A stretch of DNA of 63,979 nt, filler included, from Barthelona sp. PAP020 (lineage: Eukaryota), in assembly GCA_040182905.1 (NCBI GenBank). It is 4 parts of 4 records of this genome, joined end to end, with 100 filler letters (N's around TTAATTAATTAA, not from the genome) between each part and the next. Parts side by side here need not be neighbours in the genome. Positions count along the whole stretch, not along the records: positions 35,112 to 52,515 come from JARQWU010000242.1; 3 more parts are not named here. One strand, given 5' to 3'. A program made the position numbers and the translations under genes. Under the pieces are notes generated by a model, which was not told where the DNA came from, ran no database searches, and saw nothing but the letters and a program-made list of their open reading frames with translations. Positions 41,926-52,233 of this stretch are shown here, piece after piece (the stretch's first letter is position 1; each line of letters begins with the position of its first letter).

Positions 41926-43851
41926 ATGTCAGATCGTGCTATTCAAGTAAGATCTCTCTGGAAACAACCAGAAGGAGAATCGACCGGTATTAAATTTAAA
42001 AATTCATTGACAATGATGAATGATGAATTAATTTCACAAAAAGACCAAAAAACGTTTTCTTGGTATATTTGTGGTCCTACAGTTTATGATTCATCGCATT
42101 TAGGACATGCTAGATCCTACTTGTCGTTTGATATCATTCGTAGAATTTTGACCGATTATTTCAAATTGAATGTTAATGTTTGTATGAATATTACTGATAT
42201 TGATGATAAAATTATTAAAAAAGCACAAATTGCAGAGTGTGATTTTCGTGATATTGCCAGACGTTATGAAGCAGAATTTTTTGATGATTTAAAGGCATTA
42301 AATATCGAACGTCCAACTGAAGAAATGACACCTCATGTTTCCGACTACATTGAGCCTATTCAAGAATTTATTTTAGGATTGATTGACAAGGGATTTGCTT
42401 ATGTAGCTATGAATGATGATGATGATAAGTCTGTTTATTTTGATTCGAAAGGATTTGATGGTTCAATCGGGATAGATGGTGTTGAAAGACGATATGGTAG
42501 ACTTGAACCTGATAGTGTTTTTGTTGTCAATGAACGTACTCGTGAAGGGGAAACCGATTTGGTTAATCGAGTCAATGAGAGAAGAGACTTTTCAGATTTT
42601 GCACTTTGGAAAGCTGCCAAACCAGGTGAACCTTCTTTTGATTCACCTTGGGGTAAAGGTAGACCTGGATGGCATATCGAATGTTCAGTTATGTCCACCT
42701 CCATTTTTGGTGAAAGGCTAGATATCCACTGTGGTGGTATGGATCTAAGATTTCCACATCACGATAATGAAATCGCTCAAACTGAAGCTTTTTATGGAAT
42801 TAGTCAGTGGACTAATTACTTCATGCATTGTGGCACTTTGAAGATTAAAAAGAGCGATGGACAATTAGAAAAGATGTCCAAATCTCTCAAGAATTTCATC
42901 ACAATTAGACAATGCTTGGAACAATATACAGCACGACAAATCAGAATGTTATTCTTGATGCATCCTTGGGATAGTCAATTAGCATTTGGTGAGACTACCA
43001 TGGAAGAACCAATTTATCAAGACGATCGTTTTATGAATTTCTTTTGGATCATCAATGCTCTATTGAGAGAAATTAGAGTGATCGAAACTGAAAAGACTGA
43101 AACAGAAGAGGCAATTGAAGTCTCTTTAAGAGAAGCTCAGGCTCAAGTTCACCTTAACCTACAGAATAATTTTGATACAATGAATTGCATATTGGTTCTC
43201 AGTTCTTTGGTTGACGAATGTAATAAGTACATTGAAAAACAAGAAAAAGACAATGAAAAGATACATTTAGATGTCTTATGTGAAGTAAGAAAGTTTGTTT
43301 ACGAAATTTTAACCATGTTTGGTCTTGTGTATTGTGAACCTATTTTTATAGACGATTTAAGTGATATTTTGGAAGAAAAAGTTCAAGAAAGATCAAATCT
43401 AAGGGAAACAGCTAATTCGGACAAGAAAAATAATCGCCATTTGTTCGAGGAATGTGATCGTATGCGTGCTGAATTGTTTGAAGAAGGTATCCGTATTAAG
43501 GATCTTGTCAACTCAACCAGATGGGCTAGAATGAATAATGAGGATAAAAAAGCTTTACAACTAGCTGAAGAAAGAAAGAATTTCATCAATATGAAAAAAG
43601 CTGAAGCAAAAGCCAAAGCAAAAGCCAATCAAAACCAACCCAAAGCAAAGAAAATCAGCGACTCGACTGATCCAAAAGTAATGTTTGTTGATGATGATAG
43701 ATATGATCAAGAATCTTTGAGAGAAGATGGAGTTCCTACAAGATTTTCAAATGGTGAGGAAATCGGGAAGAAGAAATTTAAAAAAATTGAAAAACTTCAC
43801 CAACAACAAAAGGATAAATATGAACAATATTTATTGGCAAATAATCAATAG
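41926..43851 (+). CDS. CARS1: Cysteinyl-tRNA synthetase, cytosolic type
   Basis: YICGPTVYDSSHLGHAR, DFALWK, GRPGWHIECS, FPHHDNE, KMSKS; upstream in-frame ATG at 41872 also possible. Confidence 0.97.
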   Translation: MSDRAIQVRSLWKQPEGESTGIKFKNSLTMMNDELISQKDQKTFSWYICGPTVYDSSHLGHARSYLSFDIIRRILTDYFKLNVNVCMNITDIDDKIIKKAQIAECDFRDIARRYEAEFFDDLKALNIERPTEEMTPHVSDYIEPIQEFILGLIDKGFAYVAMNDDDDKSVYFDSKGFDGSIGIDGVERRYGRLEPDSVFVVNERTREGETDLVNRVNERRDFSDFALWKAAKPGEPSFDSPWGKGRPGWHIECSVMSTSIFGERLDIHCGGMDLRFPHHDNEIAQTEAFYGISQWTNYFMHCGTLKIKKSDGQLEKMSKSLKNFITIRQCLEQYTARQIRMLFLMHPWDSQLAFGETTMEEPIYQDDRFMNFFWIINALLREIRVIETEKTETEEAIEVSLREAQAQVHLNLQNNFDTMNCILVLSSLVDECNKYIEKQEKDNEKIHLDVLCEVRKFVYEILTMFGLVYCEPIFIDDLSDILEEKVQERSNLRETANSDKKNNRHLFEECDRMRAELFEEGIRIKDLVNSTRWARMNNEDKKALQLAEERKNFINMKKAEAKAKAKANQNQPKAKKISDSTDPKVMFVDDDRYDQESLREDGVPTRFSNGEEIGKKKFKKIEKLHQQQKDKYEQYLLANNQ

Positions 43852-44215
43852 TGAACTTTAAATGAGTGGGAGACATTAATATTTTGTGGCAAAAAGACAA
43901 AACAAATGGTGTTTGGAATAAATTTTTTTATTTTTTATTTTTCGACTTAAATTGACTGTTGAAGGAACGAAATTTGAGTTTGAAAAAGAAATTGAAAAAG
44001 GAGAAAAAGAAGGATTGGTTGAAGAAAAACTATTCCAAATTATTGTATCTCAGGTTGGTTTCCTGTTTCACAAGAATTGAATTTATAAAATAAAAGCATG
44101 AAATTACACTGAATAGGTTGAATTAAATTGATTGGTTTAAAATGTATTCTCAAAAAGTCAAAAAGAATTCTCCAACATCTTTTTAATTCCTTTTTTTTTT
44201 TGTTAAATATTTATA

Positions 44216-47200
44216 ATGCACAACATTGAATTTATTGTTAATGGTCGCGAATATAGAGTTAATTTGTTTACCATTAGTACAGAATATCGATTGATTGATT
44301 TCTTGCGTGAGAAGTTAAAATTACGTGGTACTAAGGAATGCAGTGGTGATGGTAATACTGGAGCTTCCACAGTTATGTTAAGTTTTTACAACAATGCAAT
44401 CGACCAAGTTGAACATCTTCCAATTGAAGCAACTATTTATCCTCTTGCATGTTGTCATCATAAAGTCATTACCACTATTGAAGGGATTGGTTCTTCCAAA
44501 AAGAACAATATGGATATTGTTCAAAAGACTTTAGCTGAGGAAAATGCCTTTCAATGTGGATATTGTGTTCCTGGTATTGCCATGTCTTTGTTTACATTAC
44601 TTTACAATAAAGAAGATGTTTCCACAACCAACTACTTTGATATTGAAGAAGCTTTCCAAGGTCATTTGTGTCGTTGCACTGGTTATGCATCATTTTACAA
44701 AGCAGGAAAAGCATTGATCGAAAAGTGTCAACAAACAAAAGAAATTGAAGACATGTTGAAAATTGACATTCCTGAAAAATATATGACTCCTTGTGAAGGA
44801 ATTTATTCTGATAAATTGTTCTTACCTCCCACTATTGAAGATGCTGTTCAACTTATTAAGGCTAATCCTGATGCAAAGATTGTTGCAGGCAATGTTTTTA
44901 ATAACTTTCAAAGAATTAATCACGAAAACATTTATGAAAAGGCTATATATTTGAATCAAATTGAAGATTTGAAGAAAATCAGTTTTGATGGTGAAAAAAT
45001 TGTCCTTGGTTCCATGTCTACTATTGAACAATTAAGACATTTACTCTTTACAATTGTTGATGATTCACATAAAGGAGGTGTTGCAAAACAATTGTCAGAT
45101 TTTATTGGTTCTAGATATTCTGGACCTCAAATTCGTAGTATGTCAACTATTGGTGGTGCTATCAAGTCATCTAATCGTTATTCTGATCTTCCAACAATAT
45201 TAGCCTTATTTAATACACGTATTTTCACAACGGATGGTGAATTTGGAATCTTAGACAAAGAAATTTCCGGTTTGGTACTCAGAGTTGAATTTTCTTTGCC
45301 AGAAGAACGTTTTTACATTGAAAAAGCTTCTAATAGACGTACAAATGCTCGTTCTATTGCTACTGTTGCTATTTTAGCAGATGTTGCTGATAATGAAATT
45401 AAATCCGCCAAAGTTGCTGTTAATGGACCATTTTCTTGTCAAGTATTTGAAGGCGTTGATCTTTCCATGTTTAACTTTGATGAAAAAAACATCAATATTT
45501 CCATCGCCAAATCTATTGTGAAACGTGGTTTTAAACTTTTAGCAAGTGAAACACATCCTATAGCTCCTTATATGGGACCTATTGAATTTCCTACAAATTC
45601 TCATGATTATGAACAATTTGCTGATAATAAATATATTCATCAGCCCATCAAAACTGCAAGCAAAGATATTATTGCTGCTGGTGAGGCTTCATTTACTAAA
45701 GATATTATTGAACCCGCTGATTGTTTACAAGGTGCTTATGTTTGGTCAATGAGACCTCATGCAAAATTCACTCTTGATTGGTCTGAAGCTGCTAAAGATC
45801 CTGCTTTTGTTGGTATCGCCACTGCTGAAGATTCCAAAAGAAACGTTCTTAGTGGAATTATTTTTGACACAAGAATTTTTGCTGATAAAGTTGCTGAACA
45901 TATTGGAGAACCTCTTGCTATGGTTGTTGCAGAAGATAGAAATGAGGCTAGAAGATTGGCTAGAATGGTCAAAGTAGAATATGAAGATTTAGAACCCATT
46001 CTTGATTTAGATGATGGTAATGCAAAGAAATCTTATTATGATGATGAGAAGCGTGTTGTTTTGCGTGGAAATCCCGATGAAGAATTAAACAAAGCGGAAA
46101 CAGTTGTTGAAGGTATTTTTGAAATGGATGGACAAGATCATGTTTATATGGAGACTCATACTTCTCTTGTTATTCCTGGTGAACCCTTGTGGACCGTTTA
46201 TTCTTCTTCACAAAATATGGCTAAATGTCAAGCTGATGTTGCTGCTGCTGTTGGTTTGACCATGAATGATGTTCAAGCCTCTGTCATGAGAGTTGGCGGT
46301 GGTTTTGGTGGTAAGCAGGATCGTCCTTGTTTATATGCTGCAGGTGCAGCTGTTGCAGCCAATAAAGTAAATAGACCAGTAAGAATTTATCTCGATCGTA
46401 GAGAAGATATGAGAAGTTCCGGTGGTAGACATCCTTATAAGGCATATTATAAAGCTGCTGTTGATGCAAATGGTAAATTTGTTGGGATGGATGTGAAAAT
46501 ATTGATGGATGGTGGTTCTGTTCATGATTGTACTGGTCCTGTTCTTGAGAAGATGACTTTGCAAATGGAAAATGTTTATTATTGGCCACATTACAGAAGC
46601 GAAGGAATAATGATCAAAACTAATAAGACAACAAATACTGCTTATCGTGGTTTTGGTGTTCCTCAAGGTGTTATTTTGACAGAGTATATTATTGAACATC
46701 TGGCAGATTATTCCAAATTTTCTGCTCATGAGTTACGTGAGCTTAATTTTGCCAAACCTGAAGACGAAATGGCTGTTGGTTGTTTTGTTGATAAAAAGCA
46801 TTTTACTCCGGATGTTTGTGCTTTACCTCAAATGTGGAAACATATTAAAGAAACCAACGAATTCGACAAACGTCGTCAAGCTGTTATTGATTTCAATGCT
46901 AATAATGATACTTTGAAACGTGGTATTGCTTTGATTCCTCAAAAATGTGCTGTTGACTTTGAAGTCGATTTCATGAATCAAGGAGGTGCCATGGTACATC
47001 TTTATCATGATGGTACTGTTATGGTTTCTCATTCTGCTGTTGAAATGGGACAAGGTGTTCATACAAAAATGAGAGCTATTGCTGCCGAAACATTAGATAT
47101 TCCAATCGAGTTGGTTCATGTTGTTGACACGGCCACTGATAGAGTGCCTAATACACAACCTACTGCTGCATCTTCTGGAGCTGACGTTGCCGGACCTGCT

Positions 47201-47905
47201 GTAATTGAAGCTTGTAAGACAATCAAAGCACGTATGGATGCTCTTCGTCTTAAACATCCTGAACTTGATTGGGGTGGATTATGCTGGCAAGGTTACATGG
47301 AAAGAGTTAACATGTCTTGTTTAAGCCACTTCTGTTTGCCAGAACTCGGTTTTAGCTGGCATGACCTTTCCGGATATGTTGGTTTTTACTATTCCTTTGG
47401 TGCTTGTATTGCGGAAGTTGAAATTGATATTGTTACTGGCATGTGGAGAGTTATTCGTGCCGATGTTGTTCAAGATGCCGGATCCACTTTGAATCCTTTG
47501 ATGGATTTGCATCAAGTAGAGGGTGCTTTCATACAAGGTATGGGACTTTACACGTTGGAACAAGCCCGTACTGACAAAGATACTGGTGTTGTATTGGCTG
47601 ATAATCTTTCCAAATATACTATTCCACAAATGCTTGACATGCCTCGTGAATTCAATGTTATGTTATGGAAGCAACAACCCAATAAATTAAATGTTTGTGG
47701 TTCTAAGGCCACAGCTGAAGGACCATTATCTAACTCTGTCGCTGTTTATTTTGCTTTGAAAGATGCAATTACCTCCGTCAGAAGAGAAAATGGAAAAGCC
47801 GATTATGTTTCTTTGAGTAGTCCTTTAACTGTTGGAAAGATTAGAGCTGCATTAGGGGATGAATTAGTAGAAGACATTGATCCCAACAAAGTTATAGCTT
47901 TTTGA
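44216..47905 (+). CDS. Xanthine oxidoreductase/aldehyde oxidase-family molybdoenzyme (single chain, atypical)
   Basis: QCGYCVPG and LCRCTGY Fe-S motifs, FAD-domain remnants (KIVAGN, QIRSMSTIGG), Moco motifs GGGFGGK, AYRGFG, EMGQG, TAAS, QVEGAFIQGMG. Confidence 0.93.
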   Translation: MHNIEFIVNGREYRVNLFTISTEYRLIDFLREKLKLRGTKECSGDGNTGASTVMLSFYNNAIDQVEHLPIEATIYPLACCHHKVITTIEGIGSSKKNNMDIVQKTLAEENAFQCGYCVPGIAMSLFTLLYNKEDVSTTNYFDIEEAFQGHLCRCTGYASFYKAGKALIEKCQQTKEIEDMLKIDIPEKYMTPCEGIYSDKLFLPPTIEDAVQLIKANPDAKIVAGNVFNNFQRINHENIYEKAIYLNQIEDLKKISFDGEKIVLGSMSTIEQLRHLLFTIVDDSHKGGVAKQLSDFIGSRYSGPQIRSMSTIGGAIKSSNRYSDLPTILALFNTRIFTTDGEFGILDKEISGLVLRVEFSLPEERFYIEKASNRRTNARSIATVAILADVADNEIKSAKVAVNGPFSCQVFEGVDLSMFNFDEKNINISIAKSIVKRGFKLLASETHPIAPYMGPIEFPTNSHDYEQFADNKYIHQPIKTASKDIIAAGEASFTKDIIEPADCLQGAYVWSMRPHAKFTLDWSEAAKDPAFVGIATAEDSKRNVLSGIIFDTRIFADKVAEHIGEPLAMVVAEDRNEARRLARMVKVEYEDLEPILDLDDGNAKKSYYDDEKRVVLRGNPDEELNKAETVVEGIFEMDGQDHVYMETHTSLVIPGEPLWTVYSSSQNMAKCQADVAAAVGLTMNDVQASVMRVGGGFGGKQDRPCLYAAGAAVAANKVNRPVRIYLDRREDMRSSGGRHPYKAYYKAAVDANGKFVGMDVKILMDGGSVHDCTGPVLEKMTLQMENVYYWPHYRSEGIMIKTNKTTNTAYRGFGVPQGVILTEYIIEHLADYSKFSAHELRELNFAKPEDEMAVGCFVDKKHFTPDVCALPQMWKHIKETNEFDKRRQAVIDFNANNDTLKRGIALIPQKCAVDFEVDFMNQGGAMVHLYHDGTVMVSHSAVEMGQGVHTKMRAIAAETLDIPIELVHVVDTATDRVPNTQPTAASSGADVAGPAVIEACKTIKARMDALRLKHPELDWGGLCWQGYMERVNMSCLSHFCLPELGFSWHDLSGYVGFYYSFGACIAEVEIDIVTGMWRVIRADVVQDAGSTLNPLMDLHQVEGAFIQGMGLYTLEQARTDKDTGVVLADNLSKYTIPQMLDMPREFNVMLWKQQPNKLNVCGSKATAEGPLSNSVAVYFALKDAITSVRRENGKADYVSLSSPLTVGKIRAALGDELVEDIDPNKVIAF

Positions 47906-48118
47906 AGAAAAAATTTTGCATAAATATACACACTTTTTTTTGTTTTTTGAGATCATTATAAACTCTGAAAACTCAGCCCTCCCCTCCCTGATTCTTCAGG
48001 TGATAACTACCCTTTGCCAATGTTAAATTAAAAACAAAAAAACTATGCTTTATAAGGAAAGAAGAATTATTTACAAAACATGCATTGGACAAACATGTGA
48101 CCACACAAACCTACCTTT

Positions 48119-49447
48119 CTAATCATCAGTATCGCTCTCTTCACTCTCATCATCTTCCATCACTTCATCAATATACTGACGCATATTGCCACCGTTTCTT
48201 TCATTGATGTCAACCAAATCCCAACAAAAGTCTATTGACATATCAAAATCTCTTTGATTCATGTGGACTCCAGCACTCACAAATTCTCGAATGATGCTAC
48301 TGTTTACCTTCATTGCAACAAGTGTTGATAAAAGATAGCCTTCATCCTTCACCAATTCAACTAACTCAGATTTGGACAAATGTTGAAATTTCAAATCAAC
48401 AGGCTCGCCACTCTCCAATTGTTGCTTCAAGTTGGGACACTCCAAAATGCTGTGCGCATTGTGTTCTCCCCATGGTTCATCACAAGTATACAATCTATTG
48501 AAAAATAACAGCATACCCATACCATCTATGTTTATTTTGGGACTATCTAGAAGCTTTTTAGCAATGTCAAGATGACGTCGTTGAGAATTAACAAATAATG
48601 GAGCAGGATAAACATTCATACACAAATTAAGATCTGCGCCATGATCCAAGAGCATTTTGGCCACATCAAGATGACCTTGTTGACAACTGAAATACAATGG
48701 AGAAAATCCATCATTCGAACACAAATTAACATCAGCTTCATGATCCAAGAGCATTTTGACAACATCAAGATAACCATAGAAACAACTGAGGTACAATGGA
48801 GACCACCCAAAATCATTACACAAATTAACATCAGCCCCATGATCCAAGAGTATTTTGGCTACATCAAGAAAACTTTGTTGACAACTGATATACAATGGAG
48901 AAATACCAATAGTGTCACACAAATTAACATCAGCTCCATGATCCAAGAGCATTTTGGCAAGATCAATATGATTTTTTTGACAACTGATGTACAATGGAGA
49001 AAATCCACCGTTTCTACTCAAATTAACATCAGCTCCATGATCTAAGAGCATTTTGGCAACATGAAGATGACCATTTTGACAACTGACATACAATGGAGAA
49101 ACATTATGATTCATACACAAATCAAAGTCAGCCCCAAAATCCAACAAAAATTCAACAACATTAATATGCCCATTAAAAGCAGCTCCATACAACGCTGTTC
49201 TTCCTTCCTTACCCTGCTTGTTCACATCAACACCAGCTTTGATGCACTGCGTCACAACCTCCAGATTACCATCACAGGCCGCATTATAAATTTTCTTTGG
49301 CCGACCATCTTCTTCAAATCCATCTACATCAAACCCATCTGGAACAACAACTTGGTCCATATTATACTTAATATGAGGATCAGTTTCGTCAACTGCAGTG
49401 TTAACAACCATTGCCCATAAAAAAAGAAATTGCCACATGTAAATCAT
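48119..49447 (-). CDS. Ankyrin repeat protein
   Basis: ~8 repeats of SPLY.SC..GHLDVAKMLLDHGADVN. Confidence 0.9.
   Translation of the reverse strand: MIYMWQFLFLWAMVVNTAVDETDPHIKYNMDQVVVPDGFDVDGFEEDGRPKKIYNAACDGNLEVVTQCIKAGVDVNKQGKEGRTALYGAAFNGHINVVEFLLDFGADFDLCMNHNVSPLYVSCQNGHLHVAKMLLDHGADVNLSRNGGFSPLYISCQKNHIDLAKMLLDHGADVNLCDTIGISPLYISCQQSFLDVAKILLDHGADVNLCNDFGWSPLYLSCFYGYLDVVKMLLDHEADVNLCSNDGFSPLYFSCQQGHLDVAKMLLDHGADLNLCMNVYPAPLFVNSQRRHLDIAKKLLDSPKINIDGMGMLLFFNRLYTCDEPWGEHNAHSILECPNLKQQLESGEPVDLKFQHLSKSELVELVKDEGYLLSTLVAMKVNSSIIREFVSAGVHMNQRDFDMSIDFCWDLVDINERNGGNMRQYIDEVMEDDESEESDTDD
48600..49200 (-). repeat. 99-bp coding tandem repeat (~6 near-identical ankyrin units)
   Basis: caaattaacatcagc..catgatccaagagcattttg recurs every 99 nt. 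Confidence 0.9.
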
Positions 49448-49559
49448 TTCTCTTTAGTATTTAATATTTGTTAATCAAATCAGTCATTGTTTTAATTTAG
49501 TTGTTGACGAAATGAAATTCGGTAATTGATTAACTAGTGCGGGAAAACTCTTCACAATA

Positions 49560-50025
49560 TCATTTAATTCTTTCTTGAGCTTTCCTTTTTCGAATTGATG
49601 CACAGAGTTGTGCTTTCGATATTGATTTAGACATTGAAAATGTTACACGATTATCATCGTTTGTCGTTATGTTGTTTGTTCGAATATTTATATCGAAAGA
49701 CATTGTTCCAACTCATTTTCACAGATTTGTTGATGTAAGGATGGTGTTGATATATTTAAGCTCACGAAATTTATAAATTGAACTTGCATGCGTCATATGT
49801 ATCCATCAGGTCTTTTTCTCATGTTGAAGACGCTTTTTTCATTTCTTTTACATTCTAACATTGGATGATTAGAGATACAACTGCAAACAAGATGGGTGCT
49901 TTGGAAAATCACATCTTCAATTTCTTTCATAATTGGAGTCATTGCTATAACAACTAATAGTTCTATAAGTGTAAGGATGCTTGACACATCTTGGCAACAT
50001 TCTTGACAGAAAGTGTACTAACCTT
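49560..50025 (-). pseudogene. Possible decayed RING/TRAF-type zinc-finger gene
   Basis: One minus frame reads G*YTFCQECC...HPMLEC...*...HQQICENELEQC..* with in-frame stops. Confidence 0.25.
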
Positions 50026-50411
50026 CAATTGAAATAAATAAAAGTAACATCATTTATTATGGACATTTTTTGTCCCTGTTATTGGACACAAAAATAAGAA
50101 AGACAAAATGGGCTTAAAATTCATCAAACAAATTTGTTTGAGACAAAATCCTGACAACACCAAATTTAAGATGTTTCAGTCAAAGGAAATGATTGGTTGA
50201 AAGTGGATTTTGATGGTCAATGTCGAATGTTGAAATTTCGGTCCAGTTGTGAAACATCTTCATGCAAAAGAATCAACCCAAAAACTCATTAAATAAATTT
50301 AAATTGAACCATCTGTGAAAGAAAACGAGGGACAATGCTTCTTGGCCTGGAAAAAAAAAAAAAAAAAGAATTCCAAGAAATTCTGTTACGTTGATTTGTT
50401 CAATAAATTTT

Positions 50412-52040
50412 TTAAGTTTTGGGCTCTTTCTTTAATGAATCAGTATGATGCGAAACTTCACCAATTGGATCATTCATTCGCAAATCATGAAAAGATTGTT
50501 TCTTTGAACTTTTGTCAAAATTTTCTTTTTTCTGAATACTCAAAAGTGCTTCAGATTGAATAATACAATTTTGAAATTTCAATTGCTCGAAATCAAATTT
50601 TTCGAAATTTTCAAAAAAAAGTTCTGCCATTGAATGAATAAAAGTGTTTGTTTCGACATTGTTTTGTTCAATTTCATTTATTAAAGAAAAGAAAATATTT
50701 AGCTTTAATGCAGGTAAATTTTCAAATTCTGCAGGTAAAACATTAAAGATTTTTTTTTTGTTGAAATGATAATTTTCTGTAAGTAAACACATATATAAGA
50801 ATCTTATAACGAAAATTAAACGATTTAAGTTGTCAAAATTGGAAAAAGTAGAAAATTTTATTTTTTCCAAATTTTTATGAAATTGGTTAAAATTGTATTG
50901 ACAAAAATCAAACAAGTCCTTATCATTGCTAAAAAAAAGACTTTTCCAATGATTGAATGAAATTTTGATGGAGGAATCAAACTTTTTCTTTAAACACAAG
51001 CAAAAAACAGGCACAATAACAGGAGATACACTAAATTTAAACAATTCCTCAAATTCCTCAATATCTTGATAATCCAATGAGATAAAATCAATGAAACAAA
51101 TATGCTTGTAAAAACAATGAAGAGAATTAATTTTTTCATGCTTTAAAATGGAACAGATATTGGGTTGCCAGCCCAATCCAGAAAGTAAACAAATGTAAGA
51201 TTTTTTTGAATAATTTGGAGAAAATGGCCTAAAAATATGTGTTAACTTATGACAAATTCCAACCAACAGAATTTTGTTGAGAATTTCATCATGATGTAAA
51301 CAAATAAGATCTGTAAGTTGAAAAAGACCTTGTAATAATGATCTCAAATCAAAAAATTGATTGATATTTGGTAAAAATAAAAGTAAGCCCAAAAAACCGT
51401 TGAGCTTTCTCAAAATTTTAGACTGTGATTCAAATAAAGTAGAGTATACTGATAGATTGCCGTCATTCAAAACTACATCATCAACAGTAGAAAATAGTTT
51501 TTTGCTGATTGTGTAACCATGTAAAATATTGTATAAAAATGAGTCTAAAAATGAAAACGAAAAATCAAATGCGTTAAAACAACCAAAATCATCATTAGCA
51601 AGCATTATATCATTATCAATACCAGATTCTCCAGCATTTTTGAATGAATCACGAGAAGTTAACAAAAAATCTCGATTATAAAGAAATAATGTCAAAATAT
51701 CTGATAATTTCTTTAAAAATAGCACATCATTTGCAATAAATATTTTAATTTCATCTTTTTCTTCTTGTGAAAAAATAAATTGCCAAAGATAGAACAAATG
51801 AGAAAAAATGATTGACAACCGATAATCAATATCAACTTCAGTCTCACATCTTCTTTGATTTATCAAATGAAACAATGAGTGAAGTAAATCATGCATCGAT
51901 TTGTGATCATTTTTTAAAGAACTTAATTCTAAAATGTACTTCTCCAAATAAACAGAAACAATTTTGTTATTTTCTTCATATTCAACAATTAATTTGTTTA
52001 AAGAAGTAAATAAATTATCATCAACGATTATATCATTCAT
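50412..52040 (-). CDS. Hypothetical helical L/F-rich protein
   Basis: 542-aa ATG ORF; no family recognised. Confidence 0.7.
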   Translation of the reverse strand: MNDIIVDDNLFTSLNKLIVEYEENNKIVSVYLEKYILELSSLKNDHKSMHDLLHSLFHLINQRRCETEVDIDYRLSIIFSHLFYLWQFIFSQEEKDEIKIFIANDVLFLKKLSDILTLFLYNRDFLLTSRDSFKNAGESGIDNDIMLANDDFGCFNAFDFSFSFLDSFLYNILHGYTISKKLFSTVDDVVLNDGNLSVYSTLFESQSKILRKLNGFLGLLLFLPNINQFFDLRSLLQGLFQLTDLICLHHDEILNKILLVGICHKLTHIFRPFSPNYSKKSYICLLSGLGWQPNICSILKHEKINSLHCFYKHICFIDFISLDYQDIEEFEELFKFSVSPVIVPVFCLCLKKKFDSSIKISFNHWKSLFFSNDKDLFDFCQYNFNQFHKNLEKIKFSTFSNFDNLNRLIFVIRFLYMCLLTENYHFNKKKIFNVLPAEFENLPALKLNIFFSLINEIEQNNVETNTFIHSMAELFFENFEKFDFEQLKFQNCIIQSEALLSIQKKENFDKSSKKQSFHDLRMNDPIGEVSHHTDSLKKEPKT

Positions 52041-52107
52041 AAAACACCAAAAAATATTGAAAAGAACAAATTTATTGAAATAATGATAATATTATGATTG
52101 AAAAGGT

Positions 52108-52233
52108 ACCTCGGCACTCATAATGTATATGATCATCGAAAAGGCAGAGACAACCCAAAATGTCGCCAACACATCCTTTTCTCTAGGAAAAGTTATCTTC
52201 ATCGATACCTTCTTCTTTAAGAGGCCAAGAGAT
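52108..52233 (-). ncRNA. Candidate structured non-coding RNA, class unknown
   Basis: GC-richer intergenic island; terminal helix CUUGGCCUC/GAGUGCCGAG, inner helix GGUAUCGA/UCGAUGAUC, two hairpins. Confidence 0.4.
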
